Source: an uncultured delta proteobacterium (GTDB lineage Bacteria; Desulfobacterota; Desulfobaccia; Desulfobaccales; 0-14-0-80-60-11). From it: a stretch of 64,000 bases of DNA. The DNA lies in NCBI GenBank assembly GCA_963812015.1, contig CAWETI010000003.1, forward strand, positions 768,001 to 832,000. Direction: 5' to 3'. The translations under genes were made by a program, and so were the position numbers. The notes under the pieces are model-generated. The model ran no database searches. It was given only the letters and a program-made list of their open reading frames with translations, and had not been told where the DNA came from. Shown here piece after piece: positions 1-10,184 of this stretch (its first letter is position 1; each line of letters starts with the position of its first letter).

Positions 1-1680
1 GCCGTCCTGCCGGTGATGAACAACCGGCAAAGCGGCTTTCTCATCCCCACCTATGGGCAGCACCGGGCGGGGGGGGCAGTGGTGGAGGCCCCCTTTTATT
101 GGGCTATAACTAACTATTCCGACGCCACTTTCTACCAGACCGTTCTTTCTAACCGGGGTTACATGCAAGGGGTGGAGTACCGACGCCTGGGACACGACGA
201 GGCCGCGACTTATCTCCGGTTTTTCTATATTAATGACAGCTACGCTCCCAGCCACGAAGGCACGACAAACCGCCGCTACTGGGCCTCGGGGATGATCAAC
301 CAGTCCCTGGACGAATGGTCGGTCCGGGGCACCCTGGATCGGGTCAGCGACTCCGCTTACCTGGCAGACTTCAATTTCGGCTACATGGGCCTCAATAAAT
401 ATTCCCGGGAACTGCTGATGGATTTTGGCCGGGACCTGGAACAAGAAGACGTCAATACCCGGGTTTCCAACTTTTTGCTGGCCCGCAACTTTTCCCTGGC
501 TAATTTCACGGTCTACAGCCGCTATTATGAAAAACTGATCAACACTGACCCCAACCTGTTTAACCGGTTGCCGGGGGTCTCGCTCAATTCGGTGCCCATC
601 CCATTTGGGGGGCTGCCACTTTTTCTCTCCCTGGATTCATCGTACAATTATTTTTACCAAAACCATGGCATGACCGGCGACCGGATGGATTTCCATCCCC
701 AACTCACTCTCGAAGGCCAACCGACGCCGGGCGTATCGTTCAATTCCCGGACGGGGTTCAGGGAGACCCTATTCCGGGTGGACCACAGCGTCCCGGAGGG
801 CCCTCCGGAGGATATTATCCCCCGGCAACTGTTCGATTCCCGGGTGGCCATGTCCGGGGCCTGGTCCCGGGACTACGACCGGGATTCCGAATCCGGCAAT
901 TTTTTCCGACACATCCTGCGCCCCGAGGTGGCTTACTGGAATGTCCCCCGGTTCAATCCCCAGCGCTATCCTCAATTTGATCCCTTGGACCAGGGCTGGG
1001 TGGCCCAGGTCAACCGCAACCTCCCCGTGCAGGATGGGGATGACCCCGTCGGCGGCGTCAACGCCCTTACCTATGGGGTCTCCAACAACCTGCTCTGGCG
1101 CAGCCAGAACCAGCAAGGCCAAACCACAGTGCGGGATATATTGTGGTTCCGTCTGAGCCAGAGCGCCTTCTATAACAAGACCAGCATGGGCCTGGATGGC
1201 ACTCCCGTGCCCCATCATCCTTTCTCCGATTTTTGGGGGGAGATGCAATTTTATCCCCTGCACCAACTCATCCTGGGGACGAACCTGGGAGTTGCTCCTT
1301 ACAAGGAAACATTCGACCGGGCTGATTTCAAGGTGACCATTCTCGATAGTAAGAGGCAAAATTATGTCAACTTGAACTATGTCTTTATCAAGGATTTCGC
1401 CAAACAAATTAACGTCGAAACTTATCTCAATCTCTTTCGCTCCGTAAAAACCTGGGCCACCTATGGGTATACGTTCGAGACGAACAATAAACTGGAAAAA
1501 AGGTATGGGGTGGTGCTGCAACGGGAGTGTTGGGGTATAGTCTTATCGTACACCGACCGGCCGGGTGATCAGAGAGTCGGTTTTACCGTGTTCCTGCCGG
1601 GCTTAGGGGAGAGGTTGCCGCGTTCGCCGGTGCGTTTCCCGAATGAAAGTAAAAATCAAGCGGGCCCTGATCTGTTTTAG
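1..1680 (+). CDS. lptD: LPS-assembly outer membrane beta-barrel LptD (5' part outside window)
   Basis: ORF open from the window start; RQSGFLIP motif, PFYWAI, aromatic-rich beta-strand pattern, C-terminal ECWG. Confidence 0.8.
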   Translation, partial: AVLPVMNNRQSGFLIPTYGQHRAGGAVVEAPFYWAITNYSDATFYQTVLSNRGYMQGVEYRRLGHDEAATYLRFFYINDSYAPSHEGTTNRRYWASGMINQSLDEWSVRGTLDRVSDSAYLADFNFGYMGLNKYSRELLMDFGRDLEQEDVNTRVSNFLLARNFSLANFTVYSRYYEKLINTDPNLFNRLPGVSLNSVPIPFGGLPLFLSLDSSYNYFYQNHGMTGDRMDFHPQLTLEGQPTPGVSFNSRTGFRETLFRVDHSVPEGPPEDIIPRQLFDSRVAMSGAWSRDYDRDSESGNFFRHILRPEVAYWNVPRFNPQRYPQFDPLDQGWVAQVNRNLPVQDGDDPVGGVNALTYGVSNNLLWRSQNQQGQTTVRDILWFRLSQSAFYNKTSMGLDGTPVPHHPFSDFWGEMQFYPLHQLILGTNLGVAPYKETFDRADFKVTILDSKRQNYVNLNYVFIKDFAKQINVETYLNLFRSVKTWATYGYTFETNNKLEKRYGVVLQRECWGIVLSYTDRPGDQRVGFTVFLPGLGERLPRSPVRFPNESKNQAGPDLF

Positions 1681-1720
1681 GCAGAGCCGGGGGACAGTCG
1701 TTGAGGAGGGTTGCTGCGTT

Positions 1721-3049
1721 ATGAAACTGGCTATAATCGGCGCAGGCTATGTGGGTCTGGTGACCGCCGCCTGCTTTGCCGAAATGGGCAACGAAGTTAT
1801 CTGTGTGGATGCGGATGCCGCCAAGGTGGAAGGCCTGGAACAGGGCCGCATTCCCATCTATGAACCGGGGCTGGAGGATTACGTCAAACGCAATTATCAG
1901 GAACATCGCCTGTTTTTCACCACCGAGTTGGGGCCGGCGATTCAACAGAGCCTGGTTTGCTTCATTGCGGTGGGCACTCCCCAGGACAAAGACGGGTCCG
2001 CCGACTTGTCCATGGTGCTGCAAGTAGCCCGGGACATTGGCCGCCACATGAACGGCTACAAGGTGATCGTGGAAAAATCCACCGTACCGGTGGGTACGGC
2101 CCGGCAAGTGCGCCAGGTCATCCAGGCCGAACTGCAGGCCCGGGGTGAAGTCTTTGAATTCGACGTGGTTTCCAACCCGGAGTTCCTCAAGGAAGGCACG
2201 GCGATTGATGATTTTATGAAGCCGGATCGCATCGTGGTGGGATGCGATGAAGTGCGGGTGGCGGAACTGATGAAGGAGTTGTATGCGCCGTTTGTGCGCA
2301 CCAACCATCCCGTCATTATTATGGACGTAGTGTCCGCCGAACTTACCAAGTATGCCGCCAACGCCTTTCTGGCCACCAAAATTTCTTTCATCAACGAGAT
2401 CGCCAACATCTGCAGCCGGACCGGCGCCGACATCGCCATGGTGCGCCGGGGGATCGGCTCTGATCGCCGGGTCGGGCCCCTCTTTCTATTTCCGGGTCTG
2501 GGGTACGGCGGCTCTTGTTTCCCCAAGGATATGCAGGCCTTGATCCATACGGCGCATGCCTTCCAGTACACGCCCCGCCTGCTGGAGGCGGCGGAGGAAG
2601 TCAACCAGGACCAACGCCGGATCTTTGCGGACGGCATTCGGGCTTACTATAAGAATGACCTGAAGGGGCGGCTGTTTGCCGTCTGGGGACTGTCCTTTAA
2701 GCCGCAAACGGACGACATCCGGGAGGCCCCGGCCCTGACGGTCATCTCCGGCTTGCTGGAGGCGGGAGCCCGGATTCGGGCCTACGACCCGGAGGCCATG
2801 CCTGCGACCCGGCAATACTTTGGGGACCACCAGGGCATTACCTATACCGCTTCCACCTATGAGGCCCTGGAAGGGGCGGAGGCCCTGATTATCTGCACCG
2901 AGTGGAGCAAATTCCGGGAGCCCGATTTCGACCGGATGCGGTCCTTGATGAAGGCCCCGGTGATTTTTGACGGCCGGAACCTTTACAATCCGGCCAAGTT
3001 GGCCAATTTGGGATTCACTTACTTCCACATCGGCCAGAAGACTCAATAG
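1721..3049 (+). CDS. ugd: UDP-glucose 6-dehydrogenase
   Basis: GAGYVG Rossmann motif, VGTP, KSTVPVGT, NPEFLKEG, GYGGSCFPKD; GAGGAG RBS before ATG 1721. Confidence 0.93.
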   Translation: MKLAIIGAGYVGLVTAACFAEMGNEVICVDADAAKVEGLEQGRIPIYEPGLEDYVKRNYQEHRLFFTTELGPAIQQSLVCFIAVGTPQDKDGSADLSMVLQVARDIGRHMNGYKVIVEKSTVPVGTARQVRQVIQAELQARGEVFEFDVVSNPEFLKEGTAIDDFMKPDRIVVGCDEVRVAELMKELYAPFVRTNHPVIIMDVVSAELTKYAANAFLATKISFINEIANICSRTGADIAMVRRGIGSDRRVGPLFLFPGLGYGGSCFPKDMQALIHTAHAFQYTPRLLEAAEEVNQDQRRIFADGIRAYYKNDLKGRLFAVWGLSFKPQTDDIREAPALTVISGLLEAGARIRAYDPEAMPATRQYFGDHQGITYTASTYEALEGAEALIICTEWSKFREPDFDRMRSLMKAPVIFDGRNLYNPAKLANLGFTYFHIGQKTQ

Positions 3050-3057
3050 GAATAAAC

Positions 3058-3139
3058 CGGTGGGGTGGGTCTCCATGCCTGCCGCATCGGATATCCCAAG
3101 CATTTAATGGTGACGGCCAGGGACGGCCGCCTTACCAGA
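3058..3139. repeat. REP-like palindromic pair
   Basis: ggtggggtgggtctccatgcctgcc ... ggtgacggccagggacggccgccttacc; intergenic imperfect hairpins. Confidence 0.45.
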
Positions 3140-3161
3140 GCAGGGTGGAGGCAACCGAAGC

Positions 3162-4661
3162 ATGTCACCCGGGCCGCCGGATTGGCTGGAAATTCAGGGG
3201 GATCGCCTCCTGAACTTGGACCTGGAGGGATTCTCCGGCCTCAGGGTTCTGGTGGCCGGGGACTTCATGCTGGATGAATATCTCTGGGGCAAGGTGGAGC
3301 GCATCTCCCCGGAGGCGCCGGTGGCGGTGGTGGAAGTGGAGCGGGAGACCCGCACCCTGGGGGGCGCCGGCAACGTGGTCAACAACCTGGTGGCCCTGGG
3401 GGCCCAGGTGGAGGTCCTGGGCCTGGTGGGCGACGACAACCCCGGCCGCCTGCTGCGAGAGGAGATGATCCGGCTGGGGGTGGCGGTGGATGGCCTGTTT
3501 ACGGACCCCGGCCGCCGCACCTCCCGGAAGACCCGGGTCATCGGGGCCTCCCAGCAGGTGGTGCGCATCGACCGGGAAACCCGGACCCCGGCCCCGCCGG
3601 CCTTCGAAACCGCCGCCCGGGAGTTTCTCAGCGCTCGCCTGCCCGGGATTCACGCCCTGGTGCTGTCGGATTATGCCAAAGGCGTCCTCACTCCGGGGCT
3701 GCTGCAAGAACTGATCGCCCAGGGGCGCAAACGGGGCTATCCGGTGGTGGTGGACCCCAAAGGCGCGGACTACTCCGGTTACGCCGGGGCCACGGTGATC
3801 ACGCCCAACCGCAGGGAAGCCGAACTGGCGGCGGGGGCTTCCCTGGCCCGGTGGGAGGATCTGGTGCGGGCCGGAACCACGCTCCGGGAGAGCCTTTCCC
3901 TGGAATACCTGCTCATCACCCTGGGGGCGGAAGGCATGCTCCTGTTTGCCGAAGACCGGCCGGAACTGCATATTCCCACCCGGGCCCGGGAAGTGTTTGA
4001 CGTCTCCGGGGCCGGGGACACGGTGGCGGCCCTCATGGCCCTGGGTCTGGCCCAATGGGGTGATCCGGTCCTGGCGGCCACCCTGGCCAACGTCGCCGCG
4101 GGCGTGGTAGTGGGCAAGGTGGGCACCGCCCCTGTCTTCCGGGCCGAACTGGCCCGGGAGTTGGGCCAGGGAGAGGCCCGGCTGGAAGAAAAAATCCGCA
4201 CCCCGGCCGAATTAAGGCTCTTGCTGCCCCAACTCCAGGCCCAGGGGAAGCGGGTAGTGTTCACCAATGGCTGTTTCGACCTGCTCCACGGCGGCCACAT
4301 CAAGTTCCTGGAAGCCTCAAAGCACCTGGGGGACGTGCTGGTGGTGGCGCTGGACTCGGACGAGTCGGTCAAACAGGTGAAAGGGGAGGGGAGGCCGGTC
4401 ATCGGGGAGGAAGACCGCCAGCGCATCCTGGCGGCTCTTTCGGCGGTGGATTACGTCACCGTGTTCACCAGCCACCAGTTGCCGGAACTGCTGGCCGGCT
4501 TGCGTCCCGACATCCTCACCAAGGGGAGCAATTATCCCGAAGCCCAGGTGGCGGGCCGGGAGATCGTGCAAAACTACGGCGGCCAGGTGGAGCTGGTGCC
4601 GGTGACCGAGCCCGTGTCGGTTACTGACCTCATTAATCGGATTCGGGGCGGGGAGGGATAG
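3162..4661 (+). CDS. hldE: Bifunctional D-glycero-beta-D-manno-heptose-7-phosphate kinase / heptose-1-phosphate adenylyltransferase
   Basis: RISPEAPV, GGAGNV, SDYAKG, DVSGAGDTV (PfkB kinase) plus FTNGCFDLLHGGH (nucleotidyltransferase). Confidence 0.93.
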   Translation: MSPGPPDWLEIQGDRLLNLDLEGFSGLRVLVAGDFMLDEYLWGKVERISPEAPVAVVEVERETRTLGGAGNVVNNLVALGAQVEVLGLVGDDNPGRLLREEMIRLGVAVDGLFTDPGRRTSRKTRVIGASQQVVRIDRETRTPAPPAFETAAREFLSARLPGIHALVLSDYAKGVLTPGLLQELIAQGRKRGYPVVVDPKGADYSGYAGATVITPNRREAELAAGASLARWEDLVRAGTTLRESLSLEYLLITLGAEGMLLFAEDRPELHIPTRAREVFDVSGAGDTVAALMALGLAQWGDPVLAATLANVAAGVVVGKVGTAPVFRAELARELGQGEARLEEKIRTPAELRLLLPQLQAQGKRVVFTNGCFDLLHGGHIKFLEASKHLGDVLVVALDSDESVKQVKGEGRPVIGEEDRQRILAALSAVDYVTVFTSHQLPELLAGLRPDILTKGSNYPEAQVAGREIVQNYGGQVELVPVTEPVSVTDLINRIRGGEG

Positions 4662-4694
4662 AGATTTCGGGGAGGGGGGCCAAGGGCGCGAGCC

Positions 4695-5714
4695 CTAACC
4701 ACCCATGTCATCCTGCTCTAACGCGACACCGAATAACTTATACACTTCCGACCTCAGCGAGTCGTCGCATGCATTGTACTCGTCCAATACCTCAATTATA
4801 CGGTCGACCTGTTGCTTCAAATCTTGGGTTGAAAGCACATATTCAATCTCATTTGGGAATAAATATTCATTAATGCGATTGAAAGGATCTATTTTAGCGC
4901 TTTTCGCAATCTGAAGAAGAATTAGATAGGAGGTTCGCCAGCCGATGCCCTTTATTATGCGTTGGTACTCCCGATACTCCTTTAGCACCCAGTCGCCAGC
5001 TAGCTCAATCGCACCACGGTACCACGCATGAAACGCCACTACGCGATCACGGTATGCTAAAAAAAGTTCTTCTATATCAACTCCATAATCCAGCCTATGG
5101 AGATATTCCCTAACCGGGCGTGACCATTTTCTTGAAGATAAAAGAACAGATTTTCTAAGATAGAATCTTGTTTCCTGTCCTTCCCCAAATTTAATCGTTG
5201 TCTGCCAATCAGCTGGTAACAGGCGTGAATGTAAAACATAACCTCTTAATTCTTGGATCAGACGGTGGTCAATATGGTGTTTAAATTCTTGATCAATGTG
5301 CTCCTGATAATCTGGGATCATTAACAGTTTCTGTACAACGCGCGAGTGCTCAACCAGTGCGAGCGCCATGGTCGTGACATTGAATAAGTTGCGGCGCACA
5401 GCAAGTTGATAATGTTCTTCCTCAGAGCGGCGTACTCTTGAGCCAAAGTTTGGTTCTATCGATTTCAGTCGAAATGTCTCAATTGAAGCAAAGAGGGCTT
5501 CGGCAGCGTTATTGAATAAGGCCACTGATAACTCTAAGGCATCTATAGCATTCGAATACTTTGCGCCTGGCCGAGACTCTACTTTGCGATTTGTTTGGGT
5601 GGCATTACGGAAGTACGCGATAGTAAGCTCTTCTTCAGACCAAGGTGGCTGTCCTAACCGGATCATTTTGGGTGCGGTGGCTTTACGGAGAATTTCGAGG
5701 TCTCGCTTATTCAT
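4695..5714 (-). CDS. Hypothetical low-GC protein with HEPN-like RxxxxH motif
   Basis: 339-aa ORF, visibly AT-richer than its flanks, helical, contains LRGYVLH. Confidence 0.65.
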   Translation of the reverse strand: MNKRDLEILRKATAPKMIRLGQPPWSEEELTIAYFRNATQTNRKVESRPGAKYSNAIDALELSVALFNNAAEALFASIETFRLKSIEPNFGSRVRRSEEEHYQLAVRRNLFNVTTMALALVEHSRVVQKLLMIPDYQEHIDQEFKHHIDHRLIQELRGYVLHSRLLPADWQTTIKFGEGQETRFYLRKSVLLSSRKWSRPVREYLHRLDYGVDIEELFLAYRDRVVAFHAWYRGAIELAGDWVLKEYREYQRIIKGIGWRTSYLILLQIAKSAKIDPFNRINEYLFPNEIEYVLSTQDLKQQVDRIIEVLDEYNACDDSLRSEVYKLFGVALEQDDMGG

Positions 5715-5759
5715 GACTCGCTCCGATATAATTAAAACGCCGGGGCTTTGGATAAACGG

Positions 5760-5834
5760 GCGTTCCCAAGCAGGAGTTTGGGAACGAGAAGAAAGGATTA
5801 ACTTACAGTAGGGGCGACCCGGCGGGTCGTCCTT
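5760..5834. repeat. Two REP-like palindromes (cgttcccaagcaggagtttgggaacgag; gtaggggcgacccggcgggtcgtcct)
   Basis: First unit recurs near-identically at ~44525-44552; second recurs at ~25970-25996. Confidence 0.7.
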
Positions 5835-5841
5835 CCCAAAG

Positions 5842-6390
5842 TTATAACCCGCTCAGAAAATCTTCAAGAGAAATCACCCTCGCATATCTCATCCCCAAAG
5901 CTGCCATGAAGGCGCCGTGGACCTGGGCGGCGGGGATGGTCAGGCCTTGAAAGGCGAGGTCCCGGGAGGCGCAGGCGTCGTGGATGACGGTGCAGGCAAA
6001 GCCGAAGTCGAAGGCGGCCCGGGTGGTGGCGTCGACGCACATGTGGCTCATGGCCCCGCCGATGATCAGCTCTTCCACCCCGGCGGTTTGCAACGCCGCC
6101 AATAAGCCGGTGTCCCGAAAGGCGTTGGGATAATGTTTTTGGATGACCGGCTCGCCGGCAAGGGGCCGGAGGCTTTCATGAATCTCCACCCCCACCGTAT
6201 TCGGGAGAAAAAAGGTGGCCCCTGGACCCAGGGCCAGGTGTTGAATGTGGAAAATGGGCCGCCGAGCCTGCCGCCGGGCGGCCAGCAACTCCCGGGCCTT
6301 GGCCCCGGCCTGGGTGATGCCCACCAACTCCATGGCCCCGCCGGGAAAGTAATCATTCTGGAGGTCGATCAGGAGGAGGGCTGATTGCAT
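5842..6390 (-). CDS. Isochorismatase-family cysteine hydrolase
   Basis: ALLLIDLQNDYF, K-x3-NAF, GAMSHMCVDATTRAAFD. Confidence 0.9.
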   Translation of the reverse strand: MQSALLLIDLQNDYFPGGAMELVGITQAGAKARELLAARRQARRPIFHIQHLALGPGATFFLPNTVGVEIHESLRPLAGEPVIQKHYPNAFRDTGLLAALQTAGVEELIIGGAMSHMCVDATTRAAFDFGFACTVIHDACASRDLAFQGLTIPAAQVHGAFMAALGMRYARVISLEDFLSGL

Positions 6391-6542
6391 GACGCTGATC
6401 CTCTATTTTCCTGCCAAATCGAGACTTCGGAAAAGGGTTCTTTGGCCGAAGCATCTCGGCTCATCACCAGGATGCCAGTGGCACCGGCTTCCAGCCGGCG
6501 GGCGCATTCGGGAGGACGCCTCAGTCCCTGCCAAAGGGGACA

Positions 6543-7559
6543 TCAGCCGCCTGGGGTCGCCGGGATTTCGCCTTTGGCGTGGTCCTGGAGGTGGCCGTGG
6601 TGCTCGACCCGGTGGATGATGAAGTCCTGCCATTCCTGCCACTGGGCGATGGGATTCATGTGGGTGTGGTCGAGGGGGACCTCGGCCCGGGCGCTGGCGG
6701 CATGGCCCCCGGCGGAGCCCAGTTTGCCAAAAGCCTGTAGGGCCAGGCGGCCGGCGTTCTTGCGCAGGCCGTCGTTCCGGAAGATGACGACCAACCTGTC
6801 CTGGTAGATCCCCCCCACGATGGTCCAGGAGATATCCCCGACCCGGAGGAAGAAATCCGCCAGGATCACCAGGATGTCCGGGGTGTTCACCGGCCCCAGA
6901 AAGGTATAGAGACGGTTGTGGCGGATGCGGAAGCGGTTCAGGGCTTGCTGAAAGTACCCCAGCATGGGAATATTGAATTCGGCAAACTCCAGGCGCCGCA
7001 CCAAGGGCCTCCGGGTGAAGCCGAACAGGTAGTGAAAGGCCCGGACATCGGCTTCAATGGCGGGCCGTTCAAAATTGGCGGTGTCGGTCTTGATGCCATA
7101 GTACAGGGCGGTGGCTAGCTTCAGGGAGGGTTTGATCCGGGCCTCCCGCAGGTATTCGGTCATGATGGTGGAGGTGGCGCCGTATTCCGGGCGGATATCC
7201 ACCAGCCGGGCTTTGGTTTCGAGGAGCCGGGGGTGGTGGTCGATGATCACGTCGTAGTGATAGGGCCTCGACAGTTCATGGTGGGACGGTTGGTTGTCCA
7301 CCAGGGCCTTGCGGTTGTAATCCTCAAGCTTGACCTCCTGGAGGGGGGTGAGGGCAATGCTCAGGAGCTGCACCATCCGTTGATTCTGGGGGCGGGTGAT
7401 GGGGCGGAGGGGGGCAATGGCGCAACAGGTCAGGCGACGCCACAGGAGGCGTTTCAAGGCCAGGGCGCTGGCAATGGCGTCCGGGTCGGGGTCAATCAGG
7501 ATCAGCAGCCGGTCCTCATGGCTGAAAAGCTGGTAGAGTCGTTGAACAACGTTGCGCAT
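6543..7559 (-). CDS. DHH/DHHA1 phosphoesterase (nanoRNase/exopolyphosphatase-like)
   Basis: DPDPDA, IIDHH, GIKTDT, AGGH motifs. Confidence 0.88.
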   Translation of the reverse strand: MRNVVQRLYQLFSHEDRLLILIDPDPDAIASALALKRLLWRRLTCCAIAPLRPITRPQNQRMVQLLSIALTPLQEVKLEDYNRKALVDNQPSHHELSRPYHYDVIIDHHPRLLETKARLVDIRPEYGATSTIMTEYLREARIKPSLKLATALYYGIKTDTANFERPAIEADVRAFHYLFGFTRRPLVRRLEFAEFNIPMLGYFQQALNRFRIRHNRLYTFLGPVNTPDILVILADFFLRVGDISWTIVGGIYQDRLVVIFRNDGLRKNAGRLALQAFGKLGSAGGHAASARAEVPLDHTHMNPIAQWQEWQDFIIHRVEHHGHLQDHAKGEIPATPGG

Positions 7560-7892
7560 ATGGCTAAGCCCCTTAAAACATTGTACTCAAGAAGTTGAGC
7601 GGGGGCAAATTGGCAAGCGAGTTTTTTGAAAAAAATCCGGGCATTTCCCCAAAATCCAGGGGGGCGGCGGCGCCAGGCGGGCCCGGATCGGCGATTCCGC
7701 CGGGGGCGGCGCTTTTTCTTTGCCATGCCGGGCCCCTAAATTATACAGTATGAGGGGAGTTCCCCGGAAAGCGGCGCTGCCGCGCCGAATTTTGGGCAGG
7801 GGAGTGGGAGGGTCGGCGAGCTAAGGTCAAAAATCGAGATGGGGACAGGCTGGGGGTTTTAACGCCCCCGAACTACCCCGGATGGAGGCATA

Positions 7893-8873
7893 ATGAACCG
7901 AACCACAGAGGTGGTGAAGCGCATTCTGGCCGGGGAGGTGCGCATCGCGGCGCGCTTGATGCGGGACCTGGATGACGGCAGGCCCGAGGCGCGGGAGATT
8001 CTCAAAGAGATTTACGGCCATAGCGGCCGGGCCCATATCATCGGCATCACCGGCTCCCCCGGGGTGGGCAAAAGCACCCTCACCGACCGCATCATCCAGT
8101 ATCTCCGCCAGGAAGGTAAAACCGTGGGGGTGGTGGCGGTGGACCCTACCAGTCCCTTTTCCGGCGGCGCCATCCTGGGGGACCGGATTCGGATGCAGCG
8201 CCATGCCCTGGATGAAGGCGTCTTTATCCGCTCCCTGGCCACCCGGGGGCATTTTGGCGGCCTCACCTCCTCGGCCCGGGCGGTGATCACCGTGCTGGAC
8301 GCCATGGGCAAGGATTATGTGCTGGTGGAGACCGTGGGGGTGGGCCAGGACGAGGTGGAGATTGCCGCCACCGCCTATACCACGGTGGTGGTGACGGTTC
8401 CCGGCATGGGGGACGACATCCAGGCCATCAAGGCCGGCATCCTGGAAGTGGCCGATATCCTGGTGATCAACAAGGCGGATCGGGAAGGGGCCTCCCGCAC
8501 CTACCAGGAATTGATGCAGATGCTGGAGTTGCGGACCTTTCGGAAGGAAAATCCCTGGAGGCCGCCGGTGCTGCTGACTCAGGCCAAGGATAGCGAAGGC
8601 ATTGCGGAGTTGATGGCGGCGGTGCAGGAGCACCGGGAGTTTCTCCTCCGGGACGGGGGGGCAGCTCTGCGGGAGGCCCGGGCCGCCCGGGTCCGCCAGG
8701 AGTTTCTGGAACTCCTGAAGGAGGGGATTTTCCGGCACCTGCTGCGGCAACTGGAGGGAGATGGCCGCTTGGACCGGGTGTTGGAGAATATCCTGGCGAA
8801 ACAGATCGACCCGTACTCGGCCTGTGAAGCCCTGGTGCTCAAGACCCTGGGGCCCCTGAACAACCCCGTCTGA
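7893..8873 (+). CDS. meaB: Methylmalonyl-CoA mutase-associated GTPase MeaB/ArgK
   Basis: GSPGVGKST, AVDPTSPFSGGAILGDRIRM, ETVGVGQDE, NKAD. Confidence 0.93.
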   Translation: MNRTTEVVKRILAGEVRIAARLMRDLDDGRPEAREILKEIYGHSGRAHIIGITGSPGVGKSTLTDRIIQYLRQEGKTVGVVAVDPTSPFSGGAILGDRIRMQRHALDEGVFIRSLATRGHFGGLTSSARAVITVLDAMGKDYVLVETVGVGQDEVEIAATAYTTVVVTVPGMGDDIQAIKAGILEVADILVINKADREGASRTYQELMQMLELRTFRKENPWRPPVLLTQAKDSEGIAELMAAVQEHREFLLRDGGAALREARAARVRQEFLELLKEGIFRHLLRQLEGDGRLDRVLENILAKQIDPYSACEALVLKTLGPLNNPV

Positions 8874-8958
8874 TTACCTGGCAGGCCTGGACCCGGCGTG
8901 CAATACCTGTTCGGTGAACCGGAGGCGCTCTCGGGGCCGCTCCTATAACCGGAAATTT

Positions 8959-10023
8959 TTAGACTGCGGCGTACCCCGCCTTTTTCGCTGCGGTCTCGGC
9001 CCGCTTGGCCTTCCACATGGCGCCCATGATGATGACGGCGCCCATTAAAAGTGCGAAGCACATGATGAGGAAGCTGGCGGTGCCGAGGACGGCAAGAGTG
9101 GTGTCGCCCATGGAGATGAGCTTCAATTCGGTGAGATATTTCGGCACCGCCAGACCCCGGCTTACGGCCACGATGAGCATGATGCTGCCCATGACTATCT
9201 TGATCATGTGCTCTTTCACATAGGTGGTGCCGATGGCCCCCAGCTGCACCCCCAGGAGGGATCCGGCCAGGATGATGAGGGTGAGGCGGATGTCCACCAT
9301 GCCGTGCATGGCCCACTTGATGGTGCCAAAGAAGCCCATGACGAAGGCGATGACCAGTTCCGTGGCCGAGGACACCAGGCCTCCGGCCCCGATCACATAG
9401 ATCATGCCGGGCACCCCGATGAAGCCGCCCACCGCGATGGTGGCCGCCAGCATCCCGGTGGCGAAACCCACAGGGATGGTGAACCACATGGAGATGCGCA
9501 CGTTGGCGGTCTTGAAGTGGATCATGGGGGGCAGATTGATGGACTGGAGCCACTTGGCCAGAGGCGGAACCTTCTCCTCACCACCGCTCCTGGCGGCCTT
9601 CCAGGCATCGAAAAAGACGTAGCCGCCCACCACCACCAGGATGACTACGAAGGACACACTGACATAGAGGTTGGAGCCTGCCTGGCCCCATTTGGCCAGG
9701 ATCCACTCCTGGATCTGGATGCCCATCCACACCCCCAGGCCTGCGGAGGCCGCCATGACCAGGCCCAGCTTGATGTCAACCTGGCCGTACTTCCAGCGCT
9801 TATACGCCCCCACCATGGCCTTGGGAAACTTGTGGCACATGTTGCTGGCCACGGCCACGGTCCCGGGGACGCCCAGGCTCATCATGCCGGGGGTCAGGAC
9901 AAAGGCCCCGCCGGAGCCGATGAAGCCGCTCACCAGGCCGCCGATGAAACCGACCACGAGCAGGAATAGGATGTACCATATATTCAAGTCGATGAATTGA
10001 ACGCCCGTGGCGATGTCATGCAT
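8959..10023 (-). CDS. Sulfite exporter TauE/SafE family membrane protein
   Basis: GLVSGFIGSGGAFVLTP and second repeat AVGGFIGVP; multiple TM helices. Confidence 0.85.
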   Translation of the reverse strand: MHDIATGVQFIDLNIWYILFLLVVGFIGGLVSGFIGSGGAFVLTPGMMSLGVPGTVAVASNMCHKFPKAMVGAYKRWKYGQVDIKLGLVMAASAGLGVWMGIQIQEWILAKWGQAGSNLYVSVSFVVILVVVGGYVFFDAWKAARSGGEEKVPPLAKWLQSINLPPMIHFKTANVRISMWFTIPVGFATGMLAATIAVGGFIGVPGMIYVIGAGGLVSSATELVIAFVMGFFGTIKWAMHGMVDIRLTLIILAGSLLGVQLGAIGTTYVKEHMIKIVMGSIMLIVAVSRGLAVPKYLTELKLISMGDTTLAVLGTASFLIMCFALLMGAVIIMGAMWKAKRAETAAKKAGYAAV

Positions 10024-10184
10024 TGGTCATTTTCTCCCTATTCGAAAAATTCCGGACTACCTGTTATCCAGCAGTTCTTGATCTAAAATGATTGCAGTAA
10101 TTCTCTCGCGCTAGCCCCAGCCCTCCCCCTTGAAGGAGGAGGGCTGAGATGGGGATAAAGGGAACCGCCTTGCTGCTGCGTTAA

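Noticed and set aside
1643..1720. Extended N-terminus of ugd overlapping lptD
   Set aside because: The RBS and the Rossmann motif support the ATG at 1721
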